In this document: positions 26,787-36,646 of the stretch, one piece after another
Layout: the number at the start of each line of letters is the position of its first letter
How positions within the stretch are numbered: the stretch's first letter is position 1
DNA from: a candidate division FCPU426 bacterium
GTDB lineage: Bacteria > Oederibacteriota > JAAXVQ01 > JAUVAV01
Length of the DNA stretch: 64,000 bases
Reading direction: 5' to 3'
NCBI GenBank assembly: GCA_040756875.1
Contig: JBFLYH010000001.1
Coordinates: forward strand, 1,516,399 to 1,580,398
Notes under the pieces: model-generated
Told to the model about the DNA's origin: nothing
What the model saw: only the letters and a program-made list of their open reading frames with translations
Databases searched by the model: none
Translations under genes and position numbers: made by a program

Positions 26787-27950
26787 CTAGGCGGCCAGCT
26801 TCAGGATATCCGCGATCACCGGCGCGGTATAGCGCGCCATACCCCAGACTTCGGCTACGCGCCGGATATGCGGCACGATCCGGGGAATGTCCTCAACGGC
26901 GATGCCGGCGGCAGGCAGCCGGGTGGGCGCGCCGCGCTCCTGGCACCAGGTTTCGAACGCCCGGATGCCGGCTTCAGCCCGCTCGGAAACCGAACCGGAA
27001 TGCAGGCCGAACACCCGGCCGGCAAACTGCGCGTACTTTTCCGGCGCCTGACGGCTGGCATGGCGCATCCAGGCCGGGCCGACGATGGCCAGGCCCGCGC
27101 CGTGGGGCAGGTCGTACAGGGCGCTGAGCGGGTGCTCCAGCATGTGCATGGGAAAGCCGGTGTTGCCCGTACCGGCCTGGGTCAGGCCGTTCAAGGCCAG
27201 CGTGGCGCCCCACATCAGGCGGGCGCGGGCCGCATAGTGTTTGGGATCGCGGAGAGCCGCGTCCGCCGCTTCCAGCAGGGTCTGCACCAGGCCTTCGACC
27301 AGACGGTCCTGCAGCGGCAGATCGGGGTCCGAGCCGTTGAAGTACCCTTCCAGCAAATGGATGACCGCGTCCACGACGCCGAACACGGTTTGATCGCGCG
27401 GCACGGTAAAGGTGTTCTCCGGATCCAGGATGGAAACCCGGGGGAACAGCGCCGGCCCGGACAAATGCAGTTTCTCCTGGGTGGCCTCGTTGGTCAGCAC
27501 ACCGCCGCTGTTCATCTCAGATCCCGTGGCTGCCAGCGTAAGCACGGTGGTCACGGGCGCCGCGTCCCCGACTTCGGCTTCGCCGGTAAAAAAATCCCAC
27601 ACGTCCCCCGCGTAGCGAGCGCCCGCGGCCACGGCTTTGGCCGTGTCGAGCACGCTCCCGCCGCCGACCGCCACGACGGCGTCCAGCCCTTCCCGGCGGA
27701 AGCGGCCGATCGCCTCCCGGGCGAACACCAGCGTGGGATTGGGCCGGACGCCGCCCAGGTCCACCCATTCCACTCCGGCAGCCTTGAGGCTGTCCGTCAC
27801 TTTGTCCAGCAACCCGGACCGCCGCGCGCTGCCCTGCCCCGAAAGCAGCAGCACCCGCCGGCCGAACGGCGCCGTCGCCTTGCCGATGCGGGGCGTGGTC
27901 CCGCGTCCGAAAATCACCTGTGTGGGATTATGGAATTCGAAAGGAAACAA
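26787..27950 (-). CDS. Iron-containing alcohol dehydrogenase (butanol dehydrogenase/YqhD-like)
   Basis: NPTQVIFG, GGGSVLDTAK, TLAATGSE and H.LEH.LS...HGAGL motifs. Confidence 0.92.
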   Translation of the reverse strand: MFPFEFHNPTQVIFGRGTTPRIGKATAPFGRRVLLLSGQGSARRSGLLDKVTDSLKAAGVEWVDLGGVRPNPTLVFAREAIGRFRREGLDAVVAVGGGSVLDTAKAVAAGARYAGDVWDFFTGEAEVGDAAPVTTVLTLAATGSEMNSGGVLTNEATQEKLHLSGPALFPRVSILDPENTFTVPRDQTVFGVVDAVIHLLEGYFNGSDPDLPLQDRLVEGLVQTLLEAADAALRDPKHYAARARLMWGATLALNGLTQAGTGNTGFPMHMLEHPLSALYDLPHGAGLAIVGPAWMRHASRQAPEKYAQFAGRVFGLHSGSVSERAEAGIRAFETWCQERGAPTRLPAAGIAVEDIPRIVPHIRRVAEVWGMARYTAPVIADILKLAA

Positions 27951-27967
27951 AGGTCCTCCTTGCGCGC

Positions 27968-28273
27968 TCAGCCCTGTTCATCCAAATCGCGCACCCAGGC
28001 GCGCACATTCCGCTCCAGTTCCCGGGCGAGGACCCGCGGGTCCTCCCCCCCCTCTCCCAGTTCCCGGGCCAATGCGTCGCAGCCGGCCTGGAGGTTGACC
28101 TGCAAACTCCGGATCTGGCCCGGGCTTTGCGCCAGCCCCAATTGCAGGTGGGGATGCGGCGTGGACAAGAGCCGGTCCCAATCCGCCAGTTCCCGCAGCC
28201 GCCGGGCCAACTGCGGATCCCGCCGGGCCCGGTCCAGCAGCCGAAGACGGAACCGTCCGTTCGATTCGGGCAT
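27968..28273 (-). CDS. Hypothetical protein
   Basis: 101-aa ORF directly upstream of the ADH gene; no recognisable motif. Confidence 0.5.
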   Translation of the reverse strand: MPESNGRFRLRLLDRARRDPQLARRLRELADWDRLLSTPHPHLQLGLAQSPGQIRSLQVNLQAGCDALARELGEGGEDPRVLARELERNVRAWVRDLDEQG

Positions 28274-28363
28274 ACGTGAAAGGCTCCTTGCCCCCACTAT
28301 ACCACCTGTCCGGTGATTGCCAAAGCGGGAATATCATTTGCAGGTTCACTCCGGGAAAAAGCC

Positions 28364-28393
28364 TTGACAGTGTTTTTGTCGCCTACATATAAT
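28364..28393 (+). promoter_or_regulatory. Near-consensus sigma70 promoter of the EF-G2 gene
   Basis: TTGACA-18 bp-TATAAT; an 11-bp hairpin follows in the 5' UTR (28440-28464). Confidence 0.8.
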
Positions 28394-28486
28394 TTAGCCC
28401 TACTTGTTCCGTCTTCAACCATGCGCGGCCTATCTTTTCAAACGCCCGGTTGGACCGGGCGTTTCAACCTACCTCGGAGGGACGGC

Positions 28487-30577
28487 ATGCTGCAAAATTA
28501 TCGGACCGAAAATATCCACAACCTTTTGATCGCCGGGCACGGCCAAACCGGCAAAACCTCGCTGACGGAATCCCTGCTGGTGGCAAGCGGCGCCCTGCCC
28601 GCGCCCGGGTCCGTGGATAAAGGCACGACGGTCTCCGATTTCGACGAGGAGGAAATCGCCCGAAAAATCTCGCTCAAACTCTCGCTGGCCTTCGTCGAGC
28701 ACCAGGGCCACAAGCTCAACCTGCTGGATGCGCCCGGATCCCCGGATTTCATCGGCGAATACCGCGCTGGATTGCACGTCGTGGACGCCTGCCTGATCCT
28801 GGTGGATGCGGAGGCCGGGGTGCAGGTCGAGGCCGAAAAGCACGCGCGCTACGCCCAGGACTTCCAGGTTCCCAGGCTGGCCCTGGTCAACAAGCTGGAC
28901 AAAGAGCACGCCAATTTCGACGCAGCGGTGGAATCGATCTCAAAAAAGTTCGGCAAGCCGGCAATTCCGGTCTGGCTGCCCCTGGGCCAGGGCGCGGCCT
29001 TTAAGGGCGCCATTGACCTCCTGCAGATGAAGGCCCTGACCTTCGAAGCCGGGGCCGCCAAACCGAAGGCGGGCGACATTCCGGCTGAAATGAAGGACGC
29101 GGCGGCCAAGGCCAAGGAAAAAGTAGTCGAAGCTGCGGCTGAAGGCGATGACCAGCTGACTGAAAAATTCCTCGAAGGCCAGGCTCTTTCCCCCGAGGAA
29201 ATCGCGCGCGGGCTGGGCGAATCGGTCCGAGCCGGCAACTGCATTCCCGTCCTGTGCGGCGGAGGCAACTCCCCCGCCTGCGCCTCGGCCCTGCTGGACG
29301 TCCTGATCCAGCTCGTTCCCCATGCCGGGCTGCGGGCGGACGCCAAAGGCTTCAAGCCCGGGGCGCCGGACCAGCCTCTGACCCGGCCGCCGCGCGAAGA
29401 CGCCCCCTTCTCGGCCTACGTCTTTAAAACTTTGATCGACCAGTACGCGGGCAAGTTCTCTTTCTTCCGCGTCATGTCCGGCAGCGTGGCCGCGGATCAG
29501 GACGTCTTCAATGTCAACCTGAACCGCAAGGAGCGGTTCAGCCACATCCTCAACCTCCAGGGGAAAAAGACGGTGGAAGTCCCCCGGGCCGTAGCCGGCG
29601 ACATTGCGGTCGTCGCCAAACTGGAAAGCACGCTCAGCGGGCAGACCTTCGCCGACCCGGCCCAGCCCATTCAATACCCGCCCCTGCACCTGCCCCAGGC
29701 CGTTTATTCCGTGGCCATCACCCCCAAGAAAAAAGGCGACGAGCAGAAACTCGCCACCGTGCTGGCCAAGCTTTGCGAAGAGGACCCCACCCTGAACTTC
29801 CACTTCGTTCCGGAGATCCAGCAATCCCTGCTGGCAGCCATGGGCGATATGCAAATTGAAATCACGCTGGCCAAACTGAAAAAGCGCTTCAACGTGGAAG
29901 TGGACCGGCAGGTGCCCCGCGTCCTGTATAAGGAAACCGTTCAGAAGCCGGGCAAAGGCCACCACAAGCATAAAAAGCAGACCGGCGGCCACGGCCAGTA
30001 TGGCGAGGTGTACCTGGACATCATCCCGCTGGAGCGCGGGACGGGATATGTGTTCGAGGACAAGACCGTGGGCGGCAGCATCCCCCGCAGTTACATTCCC
30101 GGCGTTGAAAAAGGCGTCAAGGAGGCCTTACTGCGTGGCGTATTGGCCAAGTATCCGGTCATCGACGTGGGCATCAAGGTGGTGGACGGTTCCTACCACG
30201 ACGTCGACTCTTCGGAAATGTCCTTCAAAATCGCAGGCCGCAAAGCCTTCTACGACGCCATGCAGAATTCCGGGCCGGTGCTGCTGGAACCGGTCATGAA
30301 AGTCGTTATCAACGCCTCGGATTCGTACATGGGCTCCGTCACCAGCGACCTGAACTCCCGCCGGGGCCGGGTCCTATCCATGGGCACCGAGCAAATCGAA
30401 GCCCACGTGCCTCAGGCCGAACTGCTCACCTACAGCCTGGACCTCAAGGCCATGACCTCGGGCACGGCCTCTTTCGAGATGGAATTCTCTCACTATCAGC
30501 CCATTTCCGGCCGGATTGCGGAAAATGTCATCAAGGCTGCGGCCGCGCTGCATGGCGAGGAGAAAGAGGAAGAATAG
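28487..30577 (+). CDS. Elongation factor G-like protein (EF-G2)
   Basis: GHGQTGKT, RKISL, DAPGSPDF, NKLD, KKQTGGHGQY and GSYHDVDSS motifs; GGAGG RBS. Confidence 0.93.
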   Translation: MLQNYRTENIHNLLIAGHGQTGKTSLTESLLVASGALPAPGSVDKGTTVSDFDEEEIARKISLKLSLAFVEHQGHKLNLLDAPGSPDFIGEYRAGLHVVDACLILVDAEAGVQVEAEKHARYAQDFQVPRLALVNKLDKEHANFDAAVESISKKFGKPAIPVWLPLGQGAAFKGAIDLLQMKALTFEAGAAKPKAGDIPAEMKDAAAKAKEKVVEAAAEGDDQLTEKFLEGQALSPEEIARGLGESVRAGNCIPVLCGGGNSPACASALLDVLIQLVPHAGLRADAKGFKPGAPDQPLTRPPREDAPFSAYVFKTLIDQYAGKFSFFRVMSGSVAADQDVFNVNLNRKERFSHILNLQGKKTVEVPRAVAGDIAVVAKLESTLSGQTFADPAQPIQYPPLHLPQAVYSVAITPKKKGDEQKLATVLAKLCEEDPTLNFHFVPEIQQSLLAAMGDMQIEITLAKLKKRFNVEVDRQVPRVLYKETVQKPGKGHHKHKKQTGGHGQYGEVYLDIIPLERGTGYVFEDKTVGGSIPRSYIPGVEKGVKEALLRGVLAKYPVIDVGIKVVDGSYHDVDSSEMSFKIAGRKAFYDAMQNSGPVLLEPVMKVVINASDSYMGSVTSDLNSRRGRVLSMGTEQIEAHVPQAELLTYSLDLKAMTSGTASFEMEFSHYQPISGRIAENVIKAAAALHGEEKEEE

Positions 30578-30632
30578 GGATCAGAATGGAGCCCCCCAGG
30601 CATCGTCCGGAGGGGTCTGCGTTGCGGGGATA

Positions 30633-30675
30633 AATAAAAAAGCCGCGGGGCCTCAAGGTCCCGCGGCTTTTTATT
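30633..30675. terminator. Bidirectional intrinsic terminator
   Basis: AAAAAGCCGCGGG...CCCGCGGCTTTTT between convergent genes. Confidence 0.85.
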
Positions 30676-30681
30676 CGTTTT

Positions 30682-31692
30682 TTAGTTTGTGGCAGCCTGC
30701 CGCTTTCGTTGCGACTGGGTCGGATACGTGTGTTCGGCCTGACGTACGCAGTTGCGTCCCGCCCGCTTGGCCCGGTACAGCGCTTTGTCCGCCTGATCCA
30801 CCAATTCTTCGGACAAGTTTCCGTCGTCCGGGAAAGTGGCGGTGCCAATGGACACTGTCACGGGCAGCGGCAATCCCGGCGCCTTTCCCCCAAACTCCCG
30901 GTCCTTGAAATTGTTTTGCAGCCGAATGGCGAATTGCAGCGCCTCGGCGCGGTCGGTTTCAGGCAGAATCATGGCGAATTCGTCGCCGCCGTAGCGGGCC
31001 ACGACGTCCGCTTCCCGGCAGGAGGCTTTGAGGAAAGCCGCGATCTCCCGCAGCAGCAGGTCGCCGCGCATGTGCCCGAAATTATCGTTGTACGGCTTGA
31101 AGTAGTCCAAATCAATGAACAGGAGGCTGAATTGCCGGTGATACCGCTGGCAGCGGAGCAACTCCTCCCGCAGGTGTTCCTGAAAATAGCGGTGGTTGTA
31201 CAGGCCCGTCAAGCCGTCTTCGTTCACAAACAGCAGCAGGCAGTCCAAATCCTTGGCCGGCAACAGGTGAAAGTCCTTGATGCGTCCGGAATGGTTGTCC
31301 ATGTAATCCAGCACCGCCACCTTGATGCCGACATTGCGCCCGAGTTTCTCCGACATGAAATATTTGTGCACCAGGATTTCATTCCAGAGCTGCTTGGCTT
31401 CGCCGGCTGAAAAGCGGTTGTGGGTCACGGCCTGCAGCAAATCGATGTAAAGGTCGTCCCCTTTGTTGCTGCGGAGCTTCTCCATGGAATCCCACAGCTC
31501 GCGGGATAAATGATGCTTGTCGCCCGCGAAATAATCCAACACCGCCGAATCCTTGGACATCCAGCGCACAAAATCCTTCATCTCCTGCAAACGAGCCATG
31601 GCCGGCTGGCAGGCCGGCGCATTCACCCGCAAGGCGGGTTTCACCGCTGGCGCTTCCTTTTCCGGCACGTGGGCTTTCCGACGTTTCACCAT
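30682..31692 (-). CDS. Diguanylate cyclase (GGDEF) with an uncharacterised N-terminal domain
   Basis: DGLTGLYN, DLDYFK..ND.FGH..GD, RxxD I-site (READ) and RYGGDEF. Confidence 0.93.
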   Translation of the reverse strand: MVKRRKAHVPEKEAPAVKPALRVNAPACQPAMARLQEMKDFVRWMSKDSAVLDYFAGDKHHLSRELWDSMEKLRSNKGDDLYIDLLQAVTHNRFSAGEAKQLWNEILVHKYFMSEKLGRNVGIKVAVLDYMDNHSGRIKDFHLLPAKDLDCLLLFVNEDGLTGLYNHRYFQEHLREELLRCQRYHRQFSLLFIDLDYFKPYNDNFGHMRGDLLLREIAAFLKASCREADVVARYGGDEFAMILPETDRAEALQFAIRLQNNFKDREFGGKAPGLPLPVTVSIGTATFPDDGNLSEELVDQADKALYRAKRAGRNCVRQAEHTYPTQSQRKRQAATN

Positions 31693-31821
31693 GAATATCC
31701 GCCTCATCCAACGTTTTGCCGCTTCACCGAACACCCCGCAGCTTATTCAGGGCAGTTTATTATCTCACAACGCCGTCACGCTGGCTATTTCTTAGACCCT
31801 GCGTCCGGCGTTTTATTTCCG

Positions 31822-32238
31822 TTATTTTTTACCGGCCTCGCGGATGGCCAGCATGCCGCCCTCCAGGTTGCGCAGGCGGGTGTACCCCTGGCTCTGCAGC
31901 CATTGGATGGCGCTGTGGGAACGCGAACCCGAGCGGCAGACCACCACCACTTCCCGGTCGCGGGGAATCTCCTCCATGCGTTCGGAAATCTGTCCCAAAG
32001 GTATGTTGTGCGCGCTCGCCAGGGCGCCCAGCGGGCCCTGCAATTCCTCGGGTTCGCGGACATCCAGCAGGAAAGGAGCAGTGCCGGACTCCACGCGCGA
32101 CAAATACTCGGAGGCAGTGATAACCGGTTTTAAGTCGTAACGCGGGGTTTCGCCCACCTGCGGGGCGCACCCTCCTCCGGCCCATGCTACCATGACTGCG
32201 ATAACCGTCGCCGGGACCTGCCATGGTTTCGGAATCAT
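31822..32238 (-). CDS. Rhodanese-like domain lipoprotein
   Basis: Signal/lipobox (GGGC); LLDVREPEE, VCRSGSRS and NLEGGM motifs. Confidence 0.85.
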   Translation of the reverse strand: MIPKPWQVPATVIAVMVAWAGGGCAPQVGETPRYDLKPVITASEYLSRVESGTAPFLLDVREPEELQGPLGALASAHNIPLGQISERMEEIPRDREVVVVCRSGSRSHSAIQWLQSQGYTRLRNLEGGMLAIREAGKK

Positions 32239-33462
32239 GCCTTGGACCCCCCCTGGTTTTCCATCCTGATTTTTTCCCCCAGCATCCGGCCCAGGCTGCG
32301 GGCGGCTTCCATATCTTCGGTTTTGGGCGTGAATTTGACCTTCACGCCGGGAGCGGCTATCCTGAATTTGAGCGACTTGAATCGTTCCTCCAGCATGGGC
32401 ACGGCCTCGCCGCTCCAGCCGTAGGAACCGAAAGCCGCCGCCCATTTGCCTTTCAGTTTCAAGGTGGCGAGGGAGGACAGCAGGTCCCAAACCGGTTTGA
32501 CCGCATCGCCATTGATGGTACATGACCCGACGGCCAAACCGTCGGCTGCTTCGATGCGGTCGAGCAAGCCGGGAATGTCGGTTTCCGTCAGATCATGCAC
32601 CTCCGCGCGGATGCCGGCGGCTTGGGCGCCCTCGGCCACAGCCAGAGCCAGTTGCTTGGTCAGCCCGTAGGCGGAGACGAAGAAAACCAGCAGGCTGCCG
32701 CCGGGAACCGGCGCCGGCAGCGAAGCCCACTCCTGGTACTGCTGCTGCGCCCGGGCGATGCCGCTGCGCAGCAAGGGCCCATGGCTGGGAGCGATCAGGG
32801 ACAACGGCAGGCCGGCAATGGCCTGGAGGCCGTTGCGTACATGTTCCTTGAAAGGGCGGAAGATGTGGTCAAAATAATACCGGAACGTCTGCAGGTAATC
32901 GCCAACCTGGTCATCGAACAGCGCTTCGTGGCAGAAATGCGCGCCGAAAAAATCGCATGAAAACAACACGCTGTCCTCGGGCAGATAAGTGAACATGGTG
33001 TCCGGCCAGTGCAGGAACGGCGCGGTAATGAACTGGAGGGTCTTGCCCCCCCAGATCCAGGCTGTCCCCGGTCCCGACCAGGAGCGGATCCAAATCCTGG
33101 TTGGTCAGCTCCTGAAGAAACGTGCGGGCATTTTTCGAAACCACCACGCGCGCGCGCGGCATGCGCTCCAAGGCCGCCAGATACGCTCCGGAATGGTCAG
33201 GCTCCAGATGGTTCCCCACCAGATAATCGATCCGGTCCAGCGGCACGAGGGATTCCAGCCGGTCGAGCCATTCCTGGGAAAAACCGGCTTTCACGCCGTC
33301 GATGAGGGCGGTTTTATCCCGCCCCTGCACCAGATACGCATTGTACGTGGTCCCACGCTCGGTGCGCATGATGATATCGAAAACGCGGAGGTTGGGATTC
33401 AGAGCACCCACCCAGGAAACGCCCGGAGCAAGCGTAACGGTTGTGTTCGGCATGACGACCAT
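32235..33462 (-). pseudogene. fprA: Flavodiiron protein FprA (A-type flavoprotein), frameshifted in a G7 run
   Basis: 5' part has GTTYNAY and NHLEPDHSG; 3' part has APFLHWPDTM, CDFFGAH, APSHG and FGSYGWSGEA. The frames join if one C is removed from 33046-33052. Confidence 0.85.
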
Positions 33463-33467
33463 CCTTT

Positions 33468-34706
33468 CTACTTCACGGCCGGGTCCTGATAACCTGGCAG
33501 GCGTGTAAAGTCGAATCCTTCCTGAAACAGGTTTTCCTCGAATCCGGTGATTTTCACCCGCCGTTCGATCAAGCGGCGCAGCGCGTTCACGTTGGTGGTG
33601 CGCCCGATCTGTAGCGAACCCGCCAGCCGTTCCTCGCGGACAAACAGTTTCATGAGCCAGCCCGCCGCCGGATCGCTGTGGGATAAAAGGGTGGCGCCTT
33701 CGGGACGTATATCGCCTTGGGACCACAGATCGATTCCAGCCACCTTCAATTTTGTGGCCAGCACCACGCCCGGATAGGCTTCCCCGCGGCCCGCGGCATT
33801 GCGTCCCGCCACATTGCCCATGGCCTGGGCCACATTCCACAATCCGGCCACTCCGCCCCGCCACTCAGCGAGATCGCCAGCCGCCCAAATATCCGGAAGG
33901 CTGGCCGCCAGGTGATCGTCCACTTCGACCCCGCGTTTTCCCAGGCGCAACCCTGCCGCCCGCGCGATTTCAACGTTGGGCAGGATACCCGCGGACACGA
34001 GCGCCAAGTCCGCCAGCAGTTTCAGGCCGCTGTCGAGTTCGAGCCGCACGCCGCCGGCGTCGGATTCGACCCCGCGGACGCGCGCCCCGAGGTGAAATTC
34101 AAACCCCAACGGCAGCAATTTTTTAAGCAGCAGCGCCGAGCCTTCCTCATCCACCTGCCGGGGAAGCAGGCGCGGTTCCACTTCAATTACCGTTACTTTC
34201 AAACCCAGGCGGGTCAAGGCATAACCGGCTTCCAGCCCCAGCAACCCCCCTCCAATCAGGAGGGCGCTGCGCTGCCCCAGGGCTTGCTGACGCAGGGCCA
34301 GGGCGTCGTCCAGGGTGCGGAGAACGAAAGCTTTCGGCGTCGGCAATCCGGCTATGGGCGGCAAGGACGCTTGCGCGCCGGTTGCCAGAATCAGGCGTTC
34401 GTAAGCGAGGTCGGAACCCGTGTCCAGCTTAAGATTTTTTTCCGCGGGATTGAGCGCCACGACAGTCTGCCGCAGCTGCAGGGTGATGCGTTGTTCCCGG
34501 TACCAGTTCTCCGGATAAAGGCAAATATCCGGACCCTGCACCATACCGGCCACCACTTCGGGCAGGCGGGGCCGCGAGTAGCACGCATACGGTTCGCGGG
34601 AGATGAGCGTAACCGGCGTCTCGCGGTCCAACTCCCGAAACGCCTTGGCCGCCGCAGTCCCGGCCGGGCCAGAGCCCACGATCACCAAGCCCGGGCCGGC
34701 GGCCAT
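33468..34706 (-). CDS. NAD(P)H:rubredoxin oxidoreductase-like FAD-dependent oxidoreductase
   Basis: GSGPAG, YSRP.L, LATG, GGGLLGLE and WAAGD motifs. Confidence 0.88.
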   Translation of the reverse strand: MAAGPGLVIVGSGPAGTAAAKAFRELDRETPVTLISREPYACYSRPRLPEVVAGMVQGPDICLYPENWYREQRITLQLRQTVVALNPAEKNLKLDTGSDLAYERLILATGAQASLPPIAGLPTPKAFVLRTLDDALALRQQALGQRSALLIGGGLLGLEAGYALTRLGLKVTVIEVEPRLLPRQVDEEGSALLLKKLLPLGFEFHLGARVRGVESDAGGVRLELDSGLKLLADLALVSAGILPNVEIARAAGLRLGKRGVEVDDHLAASLPDIWAAGDLAEWRGGVAGLWNVAQAMGNVAGRNAAGRGEAYPGVVLATKLKVAGIDLWSQGDIRPEGATLLSHSDPAAGWLMKLFVREERLAGSLQIGRTTNVNALRRLIERRVKITGFEENLFQEGFDFTRLPGYQDPAVK

Positions 34707-34711
34707 ACGAA

Positions 34712-35290
34712 TTAATAATTCTCGCCGAGGACTTCGAAGTACTTCTGGGGATGCCTGCAGGCTGGGCAGGTCATCGGCGCTTCCGTGCCTTCATGGATGA
34801 ATCCGCAGTTGCGGCATTTCCACCGCACGGGCTGGAGTTTCTTGAACACCTGCCCCTGCTCCACGTTGGCCAGCAGCTTCCGGTAACGCTGTTCATGGGC
34901 GTTCTCGACCTTGGAGATGTTCTCAAAGGTTTCGGCCACTTCGGTGAACCCTTCCTGCCGGGCGACCACGGCCGCCTCGGGATAAAGTTTCGACCATTCC
35001 TCATGCTCACCAGCAGCCGCGGCTTTCAAGTTTTCCGCGGTCGTTCCAATCACACCTGCCGGATAAGTGGCTGTGATTTCCACCATGCCGCCTTCCAAGT
35101 GCTTGAAAAAACGCTTGGCGTGTTCGCGTTCGTTCTCGGCCGTCTCCAGAAACAATTCGGCAATCTGCAGATAGCCTTCCTTTTCCGCCACGCCGGCGGC
35201 GTAGGTATATCGGTTTCGAGCCTGCGATTCGCCGGCAAAAGCCGCCAGCAAATTCTTTTCGGTTTTGGTTCCCTTTACGCTCTTGCTCAT
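34712..35290 (-). CDS. rbr: Rubrerythrin
   Basis: AFAGESQARNRY, ENEREHA and C-terminal CRNC...CPAC rubredoxin domain. Confidence 0.96.
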   Translation of the reverse strand: MSKSVKGTKTEKNLLAAFAGESQARNRYTYAAGVAEKEGYLQIAELFLETAENEREHAKRFFKHLEGGMVEITATYPAGVIGTTAENLKAAAAGEHEEWSKLYPEAAVVARQEGFTEVAETFENISKVENAHEQRYRKLLANVEQGQVFKKLQPVRWKCRNCGFIHEGTEAPMTCPACRHPQKYFEVLGENY

Positions 35291-35706
35291 GCCTTGCCTC
35301 CTGCCATAGATTCCGGGTCCTGCCCCTTGCACGCGGGACACTGTCCGATCAAATCAATGTACGAACGCTCAATGCGATAACCGGCCTCCTGCAAATGAGC
35401 TGGCAACCGGCAGCAATTTTTCTCCAGCAGCGGGATATCCTCGACCCGGCCGCACTGGCGACAGTAGAAATGCGCATGCGGTTCCAGATGCGCTTCATAG
35501 CGTGCTTCGCGCGGATCAAGATGCAGACAGCGCAGGCGACCCTGTTGCTCCAGGATTTCCAGATTGCGGTACACAGTTCCCAGGGAGATATGAGGATGTT
35601 CCCGGCGCAATCCTGAATAAATAGCCGCAGCAGTGGGATGATCCCATCGTTGGGAAAGATGGTTGATTATGGTTTTACGCTGGCTGCTTTCGCGATAAAC
35701 CGGCAT
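35287..35706 (-). CDS. perR: Fur-family regulator, PerR-like
   Basis: HPTA, SLGTVYRNL, HAHFYCRQC and CPAC motifs; first gene of the rbr/fprA operon. Confidence 0.85.
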   Translation of the reverse strand: MPVYRESSQRKTIINHLSQRWDHPTAAAIYSGLRREHPHISLGTVYRNLEILEQQGRLRCLHLDPREARYEAHLEPHAHFYCRQCGRVEDIPLLEKNCCRLPAHLQEAGYRIERSYIDLIGQCPACKGQDPESMAGGKA

Positions 35707-35719
35707 CTTAAATCCTTAT

Positions 35720-35734
35720 CGATAATCATTATTA
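35720..35734. promoter_or_regulatory. PerR/Fur box
   Basis: Palindromic core ATAATCATTAT just upstream of perR. Confidence 0.65.
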
Positions 35735-35765
35735 ATGATATACAAAAACAAAATTCGCGTCAATA

Positions 35766-36581
35766 TTAAAGTGTGAACTCCCAGCCTTCGCGGGCAAGCA
35801 CTGTCCGCGGAAAAAGCCGCTGCGCAGGGGCCAATATTTTGCTCTCTAGAAAACGGTCCGAATGCAACTGATCGTGATGGCAAAGGTGAAGACGTTTGAC
35901 ACCGGCAGCTTTGGCCAACTCCACCCCTTTTTCCCAGGTGCTATGCCCCCACCCTTTCCGGCCTTGGGCATATTCCTCCGGCGTATACTGAGCGTCATAG
36001 ATCAGCAAATCCGCACCCGAACAAAAGGCCAGCAAGCGTTCGTCCATCCCGCTTTCCGGGTGCTCGGTATCGGTCGCGAAAACGAAACTTTTTCCGCCGG
36101 CTGCGAACTTGTAGATAAAGCCGCCTGCCGGATGATTCATGGGGCAATGGCTGACTGTCAGCCCCTCCACTTCCACGGACTTGTCGTCTGGCAGTGTGTG
36201 GAAAATCTGTTCGCTGGGCATTTGCTTGAATTCCACCGGAAAAGTGATGAAATCCTGCTGCCTGTTTAAAATTTCCTGCACCCGGTTGGACCCGTAATGA
36301 ATGATGCGGTTGCCGCGAATGAAATTCGGAACAAAGAACGGAAAGCCCATGATATGGTCCCAATGAAAATGGGTCCAAAAGAATATTACTTCGCCTTTTC
36401 CCCTTTTGAAATCCCCTTGCATCAGCTCGTTGCCCAAAATTCTCAACCCCGAGCCTCCGTCCACGATGAACTGGCGGTTTTTAAAGCGAATGGACAAACA
36501 GGTGGTATTGCCACCATATTTGACAGTGGCAGAACCGGGTGTAGGCAAAGAACCGCGGGGACCATAGTATTGGATGCGCAC
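35766..36581 (-). CDS. MBL-fold metallo-hydrolase
   Basis: RGSLPTPG...YGGNTTC, THFHWDH, TDTE, GWGHS and HHD motifs. Confidence 0.9.
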   Translation of the reverse strand: MRIQYYGPRGSLPTPGSATVKYGGNTTCLSIRFKNRQFIVDGGSGLRILGNELMQGDFKRGKGEVIFFWTHFHWDHIMGFPFFVPNFIRGNRIIHYGSNRVQEILNRQQDFITFPVEFKQMPSEQIFHTLPDDKSVEVEGLTVSHCPMNHPAGGFIYKFAAGGKSFVFATDTEHPESGMDERLLAFCSGADLLIYDAQYTPEEYAQGRKGWGHSTWEKGVELAKAAGVKRLHLCHHDQLHSDRFLESKILAPAQRLFPRTVLAREGWEFTL

Positions 36582-36646
36582 GCGTCGTCCTCCAATCAGG
36601 ACTCAGTCCGAAAAGAGCGTGTTATTTTATCAAGCTTGGCTGCAAG

